A model generated the notes under the pieces. That model was not told where the DNA came from, made no database searches, and saw only the letters and a list, made by a program, of their open reading frames with translations. DNA of 63,194 bases, counting the filler, from Welwitschia mirabilis (taxonomy: Eukaryota), in the NCBI GenBank assembly GCA_051453625.1. It is 4 parts of one record of this genome, joined end to end, with 100 filler letters (N's around TTAATTAATTAA, not from the genome) between each part and the next. Parts side by side here need not be neighbours in the genome. Positions count along the whole stretch, not along the records: positions 14,737 to 39,730 come from JBOZIK010000001.1; 3 more parts are not named here. The stretch is one strand, 5' to 3'. A program made the position numbers and the translations under genes. Below, one piece after another: positions 25,768 to 39,038 of this stretch. Within the stretch, counting starts at the first letter, position 1. Each line of letters starts with the position of its first letter.

Positions 25768-26815
25768 TCAAGGTAGGATTGGTAAGGATTCATTACCATT
25801 CCTAACTTCCTTCATTTGCTCTAGTGTGTACGTTTCATTACCGGGGTTCTTGTCCAGATGTCGTTTCAATACCACTTTCTTATAAGTGCTTTTTATTTCA
25901 GACTTGGTAGCAATGGGAGTGATTCCTAATATTGCATACCAGTCTTTGTTTTCATTAACTAACATCTTGCTTCAAAAGCTACGTTCCTCTCACTTTTCCT
26001 CATTCTACTCATTGTGTTGTTGATACTGTTGTCGCTAAGGCTTCTAATATCGGTATTGCTACTGCTACTGTTGCTGATTAGGATGTTGATGATGGTGTTG
26101 GTTCTAGTGTCAACATCGATGCTAAGGCCTTACGTATTGCCCTCCTCCCTCATGTTGTTGTTACTGCTCCTTGTGTCTACTTGCCTTCTTTGTCTCTCCT
26201 AGCTTTTCTATTTTTCATTTTTTGTTTGATTTTTCCTCGGACTTCCCCATTCTCATCTAGTACTCTCCTTTTCACTTAGAGCTATCCTCTGCATGGTCTG
26301 AACCTCCCCTTCGGATATTTACTTATAGAGCCACATCACTACTAGAAGACATGTTGACAAAAGAACGGATTTGAATTAGGTTCAAAGGAGGTGAAGTAAA
26401 ATTGGAAATGACCTTGGTGATTTCCTCCTTATATTGTTGCTGCTTTTCACGGTAGACTCCCTCTTAGGCCTCCTCAGACTATGGACTTCTAAAGCGAATT
26501 TTTGTTTCATCATTTATTCTGACTTTCCTTGTTTTGATAGGTCCTCGTCCTTCTTTTCAATGCTTTTGCACTCCATCAAAATTGTTACTAGGCCCCTTCA
26601 ACTCTCTCTTCCCCTCTTCTTGCTGCTATTGCTGTGCTTGTTTCTCTAGCTCTTCTTTTGCTTGGTCTTCTTCCTAGGCCTGTAGAGTCCTAGCTCCTCC
26701 TTCAGAGGGTGCCTCCTATTAGTGGAATAGTCCCTCCACTTCTTAGGCTACTTCCCCTAAGTTCTTGCTACATACAAAATTGTCTAAATGCAGGATGAGG
26801 CTAGAGTGCCTATCT
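25768..26815 (-). pseudogene. Decayed ORF ending in a DnaJ J-domain (J-domain ~25780-25945)
   Basis: DWYAILGITPIATKSEIKSTYKKVVLKRHLDKNPGN (HPD changed to HLD); upstream E/K/Q-rich and N/S-rich coding-like sequence with many stops. Confidence 0.7.
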
Positions 26816-26834
26816 GCCTATTTCAATTTGAGTT

Positions 26835-26839
<5 letters not shown>

Positions 26840-26880
<41 letters not shown>
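26840..26880. repeat. (GA)~20 microsatellite at the LINE 3' boundary
   Basis: Read directly from the sequence. Confidence 0.95.
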
Positions 26881-26883
<3 letters not shown>

Positions 26884-29800
26884 TAGGGATGTTAATATGC
26901 CTCCCCTCCCTCAAAGCTACTAGGAAACTAAAATATAATCCACTTGAGTTTGGAATCGTTCCAATCTTGCATAAGAAACCTATACACAAACCCAATGGTT
27001 AGTTGTGAAATGTTCATCTAATTCTATCTTTCGAATGTGTCTTTTCAAGGCACAAGGGGCTTTCCTCCCAAAAGGCATTTGCATTATTGTATCCAATAAA
27101 AGAATATAGAATGATACTTTTGTCTGCCTTGATATTTAGGGATTGAGCTATTAATTCTACCATTACCCTTTAGCTTGATGAGTCTGTCTTAGTCAATGGC
27201 ACATATTCATCCCCATAGGTTTTCATTCCTTTTAAATTTACCTATGTTGCCAGTTTTATGCCTTAGATGGGATCCCATTGCTATCAAAGCAAGTTTAGGT
27301 TTCCATGTGATGGCCGTTACAAGTTCCTTTATGCGGGTGGTGTTAAAAACTTTTTTGTTCCTTGCTATCATGATGCGCCAAAGCACAATGCTAATTTCTC
27401 TACCTGACATCAATTTCATGTCCTCTCAGGAATCTTGTTCATGTAGCAACTCCCCCCTCACATTTGCTACAAAGTGGCATGAGTGAAAGAGATGTTAAAT
27501 TGTTTCATCCTCACCACTACATGTGGAATCTAATGTGCTGACATGTATTCCCCTTTTCTATAGTTGTAGTCTTGTTAGGGTCTTGTTATTGTTAATCAAA
27601 TACCTTAAAGTGACATGCTTTCCCATGATGATACTTCTCCAAATCTTCTACCTCTTCACATTCATACCACATTTTTTTAATCAATAATTTTTTAGCTATA
27701 CTTTCCCTCCATCCACCCATAGTATATTTAGAACATCTTCTTAATTAAAATGTGCCTCTTCTATTAGCCTCTCTGACTCATTTATGGTTTTGTCAATCTC
27801 GATCTCCTTGCTTTGTATCAATCAGTTTTGAAAATAAATTCATCCTATCTTCATAATGATGCAAAAGCCATCCCCTCACTTCATTAAGCATGTTAAGCAT
27901 TTTGGGAGTGATTTCCCCTAGGCATTTTGAACACCAAAAGGAGATTTCCCCATGGCTTCTGAGCCTATCAGTTCTTCTGGTTCTTCTCTTGCCTTATATA
28001 TTTCTTTCCAAAAAGGAGGATCCCCTCTTTTAGAGTCTCATCCATACACTATCTTTTGACTAGACCAACTGGAGGTAGCTTTTTGTCTTGCTCTAGCTTG
28101 GTTAAAAGCTTGGTCTAAGTAGCTAGGATAGTGTCTTTTATCTTATAGATCCCCCAACCACTACATTCTACAGGTTTGGCATTACTACTTCAATTTTCTG
28201 CATGAATGTGGTTACCCCTTCCCCCCCAACTAAATGAAATTTCTAGTTACCTGATTTCATTCATCTTTGACTTTTTCTAGAAGAAGCCCCATTGAAGCAC
28301 TATATCTAACAATAAAGCTAATGCAAGAGTTAGATACAATAATTTTAGCTTTGCTTGAAAGGAAGGTTATTCCCTAGCTATCACATTTGTTATTAATTTT
28401 TTGAATTAAATTCCCCCACGTATTTACTCTTTGCTAGTTGAAAAGAATGTCTAGATACAAGTCTCTACTATCTCCTTTCATTATATGTAGGGTTCTTAGC
28501 ATAACATTCAAAATAAGCAAATAAATCCTTTAACTTGCCTTAGGACATTTCTAGTCTTGTATCTTTAGAAAATTATTTAAGACCTTTTTTTAACTACCAC
28601 AACATCTCTTATGTATGACTTGATGCAAATGATACTGTGATTGCATAAAACTCTTTCCCCATGAACTTAAATTCTGTTTACTCATTTCATATAATCTTGC
28701 ATACAATGAAGAAGAATGATAAAAAAGTAGGATGATAATGGATCCCCTTGCCTAAGTCGTCTTGTAGCTCCATAATAGTTATGTTGTTCTCCATTTTGTT
28801 TCAATTTGAAGCAACAAGATTCTTGCATATCCATTATAACATTTTCAAATTTCTTATCAAACCCTTTATGCAATAAAGTTTCCCTTAGACTTTTCTAGGC
28901 TACTAAATCATAAGCTTTTGAAATGTCTAACTTTAGAAAAAGGGCAACCTTTTTAAAATTTTCTCTGCGAGTGCAAGGATTCATGGATCAAAATCACCTA
29001 GTCTTGAATGCTTCGAGACGGTAAGAAGCCAACTTCATTCAAAGAAACTACAGAAGGAAGAAAAGGCCATAACCTAGAGACTAAAACCTTTAAAAATAAT
29101 GTGTAAATGACATTACAAGCTTCTATGGATTTAAGGTTTGTCACTTCTAGGGCATCCGTCTTTTTGGGGGATCATGACTATGTTTGTTTTGTTCCATTTC
29201 CTGGGAATCCTCCCTTGTTTTAAGGACCCATCAAAGGCCTCCTCAATAAAGAGGCCAACCCTAGCCCAATATTCTTTGAAAAACTCAACTGTCCACTCTT
29301 CACATCTTGGATGATTGTTGGTTTTCATGTTGTTTAACACTTGCTTTGTTGGGCCCATTACCCTCACACCAAAAGCCATGACTTAGATGGAAATTGGAAC
29401 CCTTCATATTTACCCACTTGTCGGGCCAGACATGGGGAGCGCAGACCTAACATGCTTCACTTGCCTTGCTTATAGAGTACTCATAAGATTCTGTCCCTTC
29501 CATGAATTGGTAAGAGTATATCTACTGCTTGCGTTTTGCCTTTCTTCCCAAAAATTCTTTAACATGGTATTAAAATGCTTTAGGAATCTCTTTTACTTCA
29601 TCACTAATCCCCCTGCCTACATTGTTGTTATAGTATTCTCTATTTATCTTTGATTTGCTATTCTATTTAAAAAAAAAAAAAAGGAAAAAGAAAAAAGAAA
29701 AAGGCTATATTTTTTATCACCTTCCTTAGGCCAAGTTCACCTGGATCCCTGTATCTAGTAGGTTTCCTTTTAGATTTTAGCTTAATGCAATCCAAATAAC

Positions 29801-31544
29801 TTTTGAAATTTCTCTTATCAAATTTCTCCCTATTCTTGCCTAAGTCATACCCGTCTAATTTCCTCTTTGAGGTCTTCTATTTCTCTGATTTGTGCCTTTT
29901 GGCCCATTTTTTCAATTTGATTTTTGTACTTGTTAATCTTTCTTCTAGAATAATTAACGGCTTTCCTTCCCCCTGGTGCCATATTTCTCCAATTGTATTT
30001 TCTCGGGTTGTTTCTAGAAGTCAGCCATTCTCAAAGGAGCATTAAGACCTTTTGCCTTTAATCACCCCCTTTCTTAATATTATGGGCCTGTGATCTGAGC
30101 ACCATCTTCCCTCTGCTTCTAAAGTCCAAAACTTATCTAGCCGCCACCCCAACATGAGGGCTTCATTTATCCTTGACATGATTCTATTATGTGCAGCTCT
30201 CTTATTAGACCATGTGCCTTTTGCTTTACAGAGCTCCATGTCAATCAAATTCACCTTTTCTATAGATTTTTCATAGTAATTTGCCTCCACTAGGTTCTAG
30301 GACCTCCTCCTTTCTTTCTTGGGGAAATCTGGTTTGGTCAAAGTTTCTAACGACAATGCAAATCTTCCTTGAGATTTTCTTCTCAATTTCCTCTCAAAAA
30401 TGATGTTTGAGAGGCACTTGTTGTGGCCTATACAAATTAATTAGAAGAGCCTTCTTCGACTCCAAAAACTCTGATACCATCTATCACTACAAAATTTAGG
30501 TGACCACCTACTGTCCCTACACTACTATTGAGCACTATGTTCCACTTATTAGAAAAACTCTAAAAGATAAACTCTCTTTCACTTTCTTTTCCTATTAAAA
30601 AATGATTCATACTTTGTAATCATTTCCTTTAGAGAAGTAATTGTAGGGCCAATTCTCATCCCCCTTATGTTCCAACTGAGTACTAGCAATTTTTAAGTTT
30701 CTTTGACCTTTCGCCTTTGCCTGTGAATGTGTCCAGAGTTTTCTGGAATCCATTTGCTATAATTTCCTTTTGCTTCTCTTTGGGCCTTTAATCCTTCAGG
30801 AAGACGTCTGCCACTCTGACTAGGGATTTTGCTTGCTAATGTATCATTCTATTCACTCTATTCAATCAGTCTGTTCTCTTCCTCCTGCTCTCCCACTTTG
30901 TCTATAAAACCTTCATTTCTACCTAGCCCCTTCTCTAGTTCCTCCCACTCATCACTGTCAACTTTATTCTGCTTTGTTTATGTCTTCACTTGCTTTGGCT
31001 TAACTATAGTATTCATTTTCCTCCTCCCCTGCTAGAATCCATGTTTTTTTTTTTTTTGAATCTACAATTACCTATACAGTGTCCAAACTGGCCACAAACT
31101 ACCCAAGTTTCAACTCTGCATGATTCCTTCGAATGCCCTTTCCTCCCGCATTTTTCACTGACATGCTCCTTGAGCTTAGGGAAAAAGCACATGGAATGCC
31201 CAAGTCCATTTCAACCTTCACATGGAACATAAATGTTCACATATTCTGCTTCTACCTTATTAATATTGTATAGGTAAATTATTTCAAAATTCTTGACTTT
31301 CTTTGAGAGGTATAAATCCGTGAATGCATAGAATCTGATCAACACCATCCTTGCTCCACCGATAGTTATTAAATCAAGCTTAATTAGCTTCCTAAATTGT
31401 CCTGCTAGATGTTCTATAAATTCCTAGTTCTATAGGGTCAGACCTACCCTCTGTGGTCTTATTTCGATAAGGAGCTTTCTAAATATTTTATCAAAATCCT
31501 CTCCTGAGATCCATCTAGCCAAGGCCAAACCCCTCGCCCCAAAT
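26881..31544 (-). mobile_element. L1-type LINE (partial ORF1 plus ORF2 EN-RT-zf), decayed, interrupted on its 5' side by a SIRE LTR
   Basis: ORF1 knuckle VCGQFGHCIGNC (~31065-31100); endonuclease LLVLSWNIRG (~30690), GTWSN..RI, CSDHRPI; RT TVEFFKEYW, NKTNIVMIP, KLDISKAYD, RLRQGDPLS; zf-RVT-like CSGEDETIxHLFHSC (~27500). Confidence 0.9.
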
Positions 31545-32581
31545 TGTTAGGATCGACATATGCTCTAGAGGGGGAGGGTGAATAGAGTATTTAAAAATTA
31601 ATTGCAAATAGCCTTATGATCACAAATGTATACCAAACAAAAATTTAGAAAAAGGAAATGCTGAAAACAAAGAAGGCACCAGATTTTTATAGTAGTTCAA
31701 CAATCAACCTAATCCACTCTCAGGGGGTAGCAACTGCTATCAGCCTTCTGGTTTTATTAGCTATAAATCTTACACAATCACCTCCTTTTTTCTCCTCCAC
31801 GACCAGAGAAATGCAAGATAACACAACAAAGCTCAACCCAGTGAGCAATCAGATTCGAAGTGTCTGAGAGAGAGAGGATCTGATAGAGAGGTGCCTTGAT
31901 AATGCACAGTAAATCAACAATGTGGAATATACATGAACATGATAGCTAATTTTGCTCAAAGTAGTTCTCTTTGAATACAAGATGATACAATGTAAGTACA
32001 GTTAAACAAGATCTGATCAAGTGCATTCTATTTAAACTGTTTCGAAAAAATAGCTGTTGTAGTCTGCCTTGAAAGAAGTGCTGCATTGGAAAACACATTG
32101 CAGACTAATAGTAACCCATTTTTTGTATTGGAAGAACGCTTTGGGCAGCCAAACAGATCTGAAGTTCCGCTATAACATTCTTCTAGTCGGATGTCCCATA
32201 TTAAGTTGGATGTCCCACATTTTTAACCTAGGAACTACTCAAATGTCCCAAGCTGAAGGTCGGACGTCCCAATATTTTGACATGACAATCACTTAGACGT
32301 CCCATATTAAAACCCGGGCGTCCCACTTTGGATTCAACAAAAAGGTATTAAGTTTCTTAACCGGACGTCCCATACTCATCTGTCGGACGTTCCACTTTGA
32401 AAGTTCTTCTGTTTTATATCCATAGATAGTACCGGACGTCACAGTGGGAATGATCGGATGTCCCAACATGTATTGGTTCTTGAACTTGGCGATTTTTGTG
32501 CTCATTATATTATTTCGTCCAATTCTAGTGCTTTATGGTGTTCATCATTGAAACTCCTTAATTTTTGATATCTTCGTAACA
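31545..32581 (-). repeat. 3' LTR of SIRE element 1 (~1037 bp)
   Basis: TGTT...AACA termini; U5 signature ATTCACCCTCCCCCTCTAG on minus strand; GGACGTCC repeats in U3; PPT at 32582-32594. Confidence 0.9.
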
Positions 32582-33042
32582 ATCTCCCCCTTTTCAATGA
32601 TAACAACACATTTGATTTATGTGAAAGAAAGATTTCAAACAGGAGTTTGATAGCAATTTTGCTGTGCTCCCCCTGAATTTTATGCCTGTTTAAATAACTG
32701 CCAAGTTCAAAGACCTATAAGCATCTAAGTCAGCCTGAAGCACAAATTTATCTGCACTTGACATTATTAGTTCACGGGTGGATAATATATTAAAAAAACT
32801 TGATGAAAATCATTTTCAAATAGACATTTAGTTATATAAAAAATGTTGCCACAATTTAGAATAGGAATTTGCTTTCTATTAGAATGATAATTCAGTACAA
32901 CAAAAGTTGAGGGAGAATAAAACAAAAACGTACAAGTATATAGCTTGAGAACTTCTGCCCCTTTGTCATCATTAAGAAGAAATAGGAGTAGGAGCAGGAG
33001 AGCACAAAAAGATTCAAAAAGATATAGGAAGAGAGTAGGCAA

Positions 33043-34877
33043 TTAGTCCGATGATTCTACATAAGAGGGACCCTCTACTGGTGCTGGAGGAGCCTGCTCT
33101 TCCTCTTCATCAAATCCAAGAGGGATATCAAAACTGTAAGCTGATAATCGGACGTCCCATACTCATCTGTCGGATGTTCCACTTTGAAAGTTCTTCTGTT
33201 TTATATCCATAGATAGTACCGGACGCCACAGTGGGAATGATCGGATGTCCCAACATGTATTGGTTCTTGAACTTGGCGATTTTTGTGCTCATTATATTAT
33301 ATCGTCCAATTCTTGTGCTTTATGGTGTTCATCATTGAAACTCCTTAATTTTTGATATCTTCGTAACAATCTCCCCCTTTTCAATGATAACNNNNNNNNN
33401 NNNNNNNNNNNNNNNNNNNNNNNNNNNNNNNNNNNNNNNNNNNNNNNNNNNNNNNNNNNNNNNNNNNNNNNNNNNNNNNNNNNNNNNNNNNNNNNNNNNN
33501 NNNNNNNNNNNNNNNNNNNNNNNNNNNNNNNNNNNNNNNNNNNNNNNNNNNNNNNNNNNNNNNNNNNNNNNNNNNNNNNNNNNNNNNNNNNNNNNNNNNN
33601 NNNNNNNNNNNNNNNNNNNNNNNNNNNNNNNNNNNNNNNNNNNNNNNNNNNNNNNNNNNNNNNNNNNNNNNNNNNNNNNNNNNNNNNNNNNNNNNNNNNN
33701 NNNNNNNNNNNNNNNNNNNNNNNNNNNNNNNNNNNNNNNNNNNNNNNNNNNNNNNNNNNNNNNNNNNNNNNNNNNNNNNNNNNNNNNNNNNNNNNNNNNN
33801 NNNNNNNNNNNNNNNNNNNNNNNNNNNNNNNNNNNNNNNNNNNNNNNNNNNNNNNNNNNNNNNNNNNNNNNNNNNNNNNNNNNNNNNNNNNNNNNNNNNN
33901 NNNNNNNNNNNNNNNNNNNNNNNNNNNNNNNNNNNNNNNNNNNNNNNNNNNNNNNNNNNNNNNNNNNNNNNNNNNNNNNNNNNNNNNNNNNNNNNNNNNN
34001 NNNNNNNNNNNNNNNNNNNNNNNNNNNNNNNNNNNNNNNNNNNNNNNNNNNNNNNNNNNNNNNNNNNNNNNNNNNNNNNNNNNNNNNNNNNNNNNNNNNN
34101 NNNNNNNNNNNNNNNNNNNNNNNNNNNNNNNNNNNNNNNNNNNNNNNNNNNNNNNNNNNNNNNNNNNNNNNNNNNNNNNNNNNNNNNNNNNNNNNNNNNN
34201 NNNNNNNNNNNNNNNNNNNNNNNNNNNNNNNNNNNNNNNNNNNNNNNNNNNNNNNNNNNNNNNNNNNNNNNNNNNNNNNNNNNNNNNNNNNNNNNNNNNN
34301 NNNNNNNNNNNNNNNNNATCTTTGCGTCCTAGCTTCGGAACTATATTATGTGTGCAAATCTAAAAAATTACTTGATAAGACAGCTTGAGCTGATTAGTAG
34401 GAATATTGATTTTCCATTCCATGTGTTTTCCACATAATTCATGAGTCAGGTCATCTTTGGGAATGGCTTCTTCTAGAAATTCGACTGAGGTTATATTATG
34501 AAAACTACAAGAATTTGGAAAACCAGTAACCTTAGAAATCATATGTAGAGTTATTTCTATATTTTTACCATATACTCTAGATGTGATCTTATCACTGTAC
34601 TTGTCAAAGTGACTATTGCAATAGAAAAGTCGGACCATTTTGACTAAAGCTATAGTATCAGGGTCAAAGGCATATTGCCACTGGAGAGCCTCGAATCTGG
34701 GAAGATTTGGACCTCATGCCTGAAAGATTCAAAGTCAGTTCTCCTTTTAGGAGTAAGAGGCCTCTTGGAGAAGCATGTTAGCCAAAACTTCTTGTGCTCC
34801 TCACTTGGGAACGAGTTTTCTGAAGAGAAGCCTGCTGGTTCTTTTCCTTTCCTCTGAGCCAGCTTGGTCCTTCCCAT
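33043..34877 (-). pseudogene. SIRE env-like/extra ORF (N-terminus 34319-34877; probable C-terminus 33043-33148)
   Basis: MGRTKLAQRKGKE..DFESFRHEV..MVRLFYCN..ITSRVYGKNI; homologous to 50067-50349; lies between pol and the PPT. Confidence 0.7.
33149..33391 (-). repeat. Near-identical duplicate of the LTR start and PPT (copy of 32362-32604)
   Basis: About 4 mismatches over ~240 bp; abuts an N gap. Confidence 0.85.
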
Positions 34878-35378
34878 TGCAGATGAAAGGCTCGAATTTC
34901 GAGAGAAAGAAGGAAAGATGGTAGGAGAGTGTTGAGATGGGGGGAAGAGAAATGCCAAAGAAAAATTTTGAATTTGATCAAAAAGAAGGGTTGAACCCTT
35001 TAAAAAAAGGCCAGATGGAGCGCAAGCATCCCACACCGCCTTAAAGTCCAGACTTCTGGGGTCATAGGTCAGATGTCCAAGTTTTAACTTAGAAAAGAAA
35101 AGAATAAAGATTCGGACGTCCGGAAAGAGAGGTAGGACCTTTGAGCAGGGATTTGGTGAATTTACAGCCTAACAAGGTCAGACGTCCAAAAACGAAAGGG
35201 GAACGTCCAAGCAAGAACTCGGCAAAAAATAAAAGACTGTGATAGTCAAACGTCCAAGGAGTAGATTTGGGATGTCCGAGCAAGAACTCAAAAAGAGGAA
35301 AAAAAAGAATTATTTTGGAAGAGAACAAAAGTATTACCACAAAAAATAAAACTTTTACAGACTACCAAGATTTACAAT

Positions 35379-35418
35379 ACACACACACACACACACACAC
35401 ATACATATATACATATAT
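35379..35418. repeat. (CA)n/(TA)n microsatellite just downstream of pol
   Basis: Read directly from the sequence. Confidence 0.9.
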
Positions 35419-35449
35419 GCTACAAAAGAAATCTTAAAGTCATTCCTCA

Positions 35450-37480
35450 TGAGGATTTACCCCAATGCCCAAATTTTGTCTTAGATCCTTGAATCGTTGC
35501 TCATCTAGGGCCTTTATTATGATATTTGCAATCTGATTGTTAGTGGATATATAGTCAAGAGTAACAATATTACTTTGAACTTGATCTCATATGAAGTGAT
35601 GTCTTATATCTATCTATTTGGTACGAGAGTGTTGAACTGGATTTTTCGTTATGCTAATAGCACTTGTGTTGTCACAAAACATTCTCATAGTTTCACATTT
35701 TACTCCAAAGTCTGTTAACATTTGTTTCATCCAAAGTAATTGTGCACAACATACACCTGCTGCAATATACTCTGCTTCAACAGTTGATAGGGATGTTGTA
35801 TTTTGCTTCTTACTTAACCAAGACACTAAGCAATTCCCTAAAACAAGCTCCACTGGTGCTTTTTTTGTCATATAAACACCCAACCTAGTCTACATCACAA
35901 TACCCAACTAAATCAAGAGAGGTACCATAGGTGTAAAATAATCCATGATTCTGTGTGTATTTGATATAACGAAAAATTCTCTTAACACACATCAAATGGG
36001 ATTCTTTTGGGTCTGATTGATATTCTACATAGATTCCTACACTATGAGCTATATTAGGCTTGCTTGCTGTTATGTGCAATAGACTTCCAATCATTCCTAT
36101 ATACAGTTTTTGGTCCACTCTTTTTCCTCCTTCATCTTTTGATCTTTTCAGGTTTGTGGAAGAAGGAGTTTTAATGTCTTTTAAATCTTTCATACCATAT
36201 TTCTTTAACATGTCTCTAGCATATTTGGACTGACTCATAAATATTCTAGTTTTGGTTGGTTTGATTTGGAAACCCAAAAAGAAGTTTAGTTCTCCTACTA
36301 GACTCATTTTGAATTCTTGTTGCATTGTTTCAGAGAATTTTTCAGCTAGAATAGGTTTTGTTGCACTGAAGACAATATCATCCACATAGATTTGTACTAT
36401 TAAAATATCCTTCTTGTTTCGTTTAATAAAAAGAGTTGGAACTGCATTTCCTTTAGAAAATCCTTATGACATAAGGAATGGGTTTACTCTGTCAAACCAT
36501 GCTCTTGGGGCTTGTTTGAGCCCATAGAGAGCCTTGTTAAGTTTGTATACATGGTTTGGAAATTTTGGATCTAAAAATCTAGGTGGTTGAGCAACAAATA
36601 CTTCTTCATTAATACATCCATTTAAGAAGGCACTCTTCACATCCATTTGATGTAACTTAATCTTATGAAAATAGGCAAAGTCTAGTAATAATTGAATTGC
36701 TTCAATTCTTGCAACAGGAGCAAGTGTTCCACCATAGTCAATTCCTTCTTGTTGGCAACATCCTTGAACTACTAATCTAGCTTTGTTTTGTACTATTTGG
36801 TGCTGTTCATTTCTTTTGTTCGTAAAAACCCACTTGGTTGCAATAATATTTTTGTTTAATGGGGTTGGGACTAGGTCCCAAACTTTATTCTTTTCAAATT
36901 GATTTAATTTCTTTTACATGGCCATCATCCAGGCCTTATCATGTTCTGCTTCTTGAAACGTCTTGGGTTCTAACTCAGAAATGAAACATGAAAAACTATG
37001 ACTGATGTGCTTTTCACTTCTTGTGNNNNTACCTTGGATTGGATTACTGACAACATTAGTTTCTGGATGACCTCTTTCTGTTCTAAGAGGGAGAGAAGAA
37101 CATATATTTGAAGATTTCTTTTCACTGTTGGAAGACGATCGCTGGTCATCTGATGTACCTTCTTCTTCAGAGGTTTTTATGATGACTGCTTTTTCATCAT
37201 CTCTTTTATGTTGTGTGGAAGTGCCTTGAGTAATCTCTTCTACTCTAACATGGACTGAGTCTTCTACTCTGTTAAAGGCTTTGTTAAACACACTGTATGC
37301 TTTACTAGTTGAAGGGTATTCAAGAAAAATTCCTTCATCTGTCTTAGACTCAAAGTTACCTACAGTATCTTTAAGAATAAAACATCTACTTCCAAACACT
37401 TTAAAGTAATTCACTATAGGTTTCTTGTTTTTCCAAAGCTCATAAGCGGATCTCTTAGTACTAGGTCTAGGAAATATTCT
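35450..37480 (-). pseudogene. Copia pol fragment (integrase C-term, RT, RNaseH), frameshifted
   Basis: ORF track 35614-35883, 35885-36385, 36464-36646, 36914-37570. Confidence 0.92.
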
Positions 37481-37500
37481 GTTTTTCCAAAGCTCATAAG

Positions 37501-39038
37501 ATTTGATCCTTAAGGTGATCCTTGAAGATTGGCTGGCCATCTTGAAAGCACATGCACAAAGTTCACACAAACTTACACAGAATTGATTGTTGGTAGATGC
37601 AAAATGAGGTGTTGAGCCCCCTTTTTATAAAGAAAAACTAGGGTTTGCATGAAAACGAGGATTCTTCCCTAAGAAGGTGTGTTGTGGGCCCCCAACTTTT
37701 GTACCTTACACAGGGCACATCAAAAGATAAGGTTGGAATTACCATAGTTTTAACATAAAACAACCTTCGTTACAGTATTAAACTTAACCTTTTAACCTCT
37801 CTCATCCCTCTCCTCTCCTCTTATGCAGATGCTTGGTGGTGGGCAACTATTGGATACCAACCTGACCCCCAAAGGCTAGAGGACCCATTTCTCAATTTTG
37901 CCCAACCTCCTCCACCCAACTCTCTCTCCTATTTCATCTCCTCTTTCTCCTCATCCTTCTTTTCCTTCCCTCTCTCCCCTTTCGCTTTCTTTCTTTTTTC
38001 TTTCCTTTCCTCTCCCTTTTCTAACTACCTTCTCAGCCCTCAGTTTATTTCTCAAATTCCATGCCCTTGGCATGGAATCCTATTCCACACCCCACCTAAT
38101 TCCACGCCCAGGGTGTGGAATTCAATGTAGCCTCTCAGCCCTCGTCCCTCATTTGACACCAATCTCTAGCTTAGCTCTAGGAATCAAACTCAGAATTTAG
38201 TCTCATGTTCTTCAACTTAAAGCTTTTCTTTTAGTCTGGGTTTTCGGCCTTCTTATTTGACAAGAAGACATCCTATAATCGTCTCCCCTCGCTAGGATCG
38301 CTTCTCAACTCTTTTGCCTTCCCCATCATTTTTTCTCCTTTATCCTTCCCTTTTACCCTCTTGTTCCATCCACCTCCCTTCCTTACTTTCTCTTGACCTC
38401 TCAATACTATACCTTAGGCATGGAGTCCCTACTCTAGGTCTTCTCCCTCAAGTCCAACCACATAGCTTCCAGTCGTAACTAGCTTAAAGAGAAGAAGAAT
38501 CGGATGATGAATTTAGATGGCCTGAGCTTTCAGCAGTGGATCTCTAAAACAGATGCCAACTTGGTTCGGAACCCCAAAACCACCCAGCCTCCTCATCCCA
38601 CCTCTTTCCCTCTTCTTCTATTCCCCTTTCCCTCCTTTCCTTTTCCTTTTCCTTTTCCTCTTCTCCTCCTCTTTCTCTCCCTCTCCCTTTCCCCTCCATC
38701 AGATTCCATGCCCAATACGTGGAATCTGGGTCAATTCCATACACAAGGCGTGAGATTCCCCAAACCTTCCTCCACTTTCTCGTCTCTCATCTCGATTCCC
38801 CATAGAATCCAAATTTTCAATTTCCTCTTCTAGCATTTCTTAGTCACTATTCCTTTCAGGCTCTTTCATCATCTAGAGGCATAGTCCTTCAAGGAAGAGT
38901 ATCATTCCTCAGCTCTTTGCCCAAATTTCTCCACTAAGGATGTCACTATTCAGTTCGCAATCAAGTCTAAAAGAGTCCTACGGTTGCATCGAATCCATAG
39001 GGTATGCCAGAATCAAGCGAGCCTACCCATGAAATTAC
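37501..39038 (-). repeat. Unclassified repeat, probably an LTR-element internal region; relative of 47026-49088
   Basis: Shared motifs: CCCC(C/T)CTTTTATAAAG, GTGGGCAA..TTGG..CCAA..CCCC..GCTAG.GGACCC, CCACGCCCAGGGTGTGGAA, and long pyrimidine tracts. Confidence 0.55.

Larger units (their letters stand above)
31545..37500 (-). mobile_element. SIRE/Sirevirus (Ty1/copia) element 1, 5'-truncated: integrase C-term, RT, RNaseH, env-like ORF, multiple PPTs, 3' LTR
   Basis: [48 protein letters not shown]; extra ORF after pol; PPT AAAAGGGGGAGAT before the LTR. Confidence 0.92.

Noticed and set aside
25768-25965. Functional DnaJ gene
   Set aside because: HPD mutated, helix IV degenerate, upstream frame full of stops; kept only as a pseudogene.
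30465-30480. Perfect reverse-complement iMet PBS (TGGTATCAGAG)
   Set aside because: Lies within LINE endonuclease coding sequence with no adjacent LTR; chance match.
33384-34388. 334-aa ORF and other X-containing ORFs
   Set aside because: Open only because they run through N gaps.
37898-38833. Hydrophobic, Pro/Phe-rich plus-strand ORFs (also 48588-48851 and 26014-26649)
   Set aside because: Low-complexity pyrimidine tracts or antisense frames.
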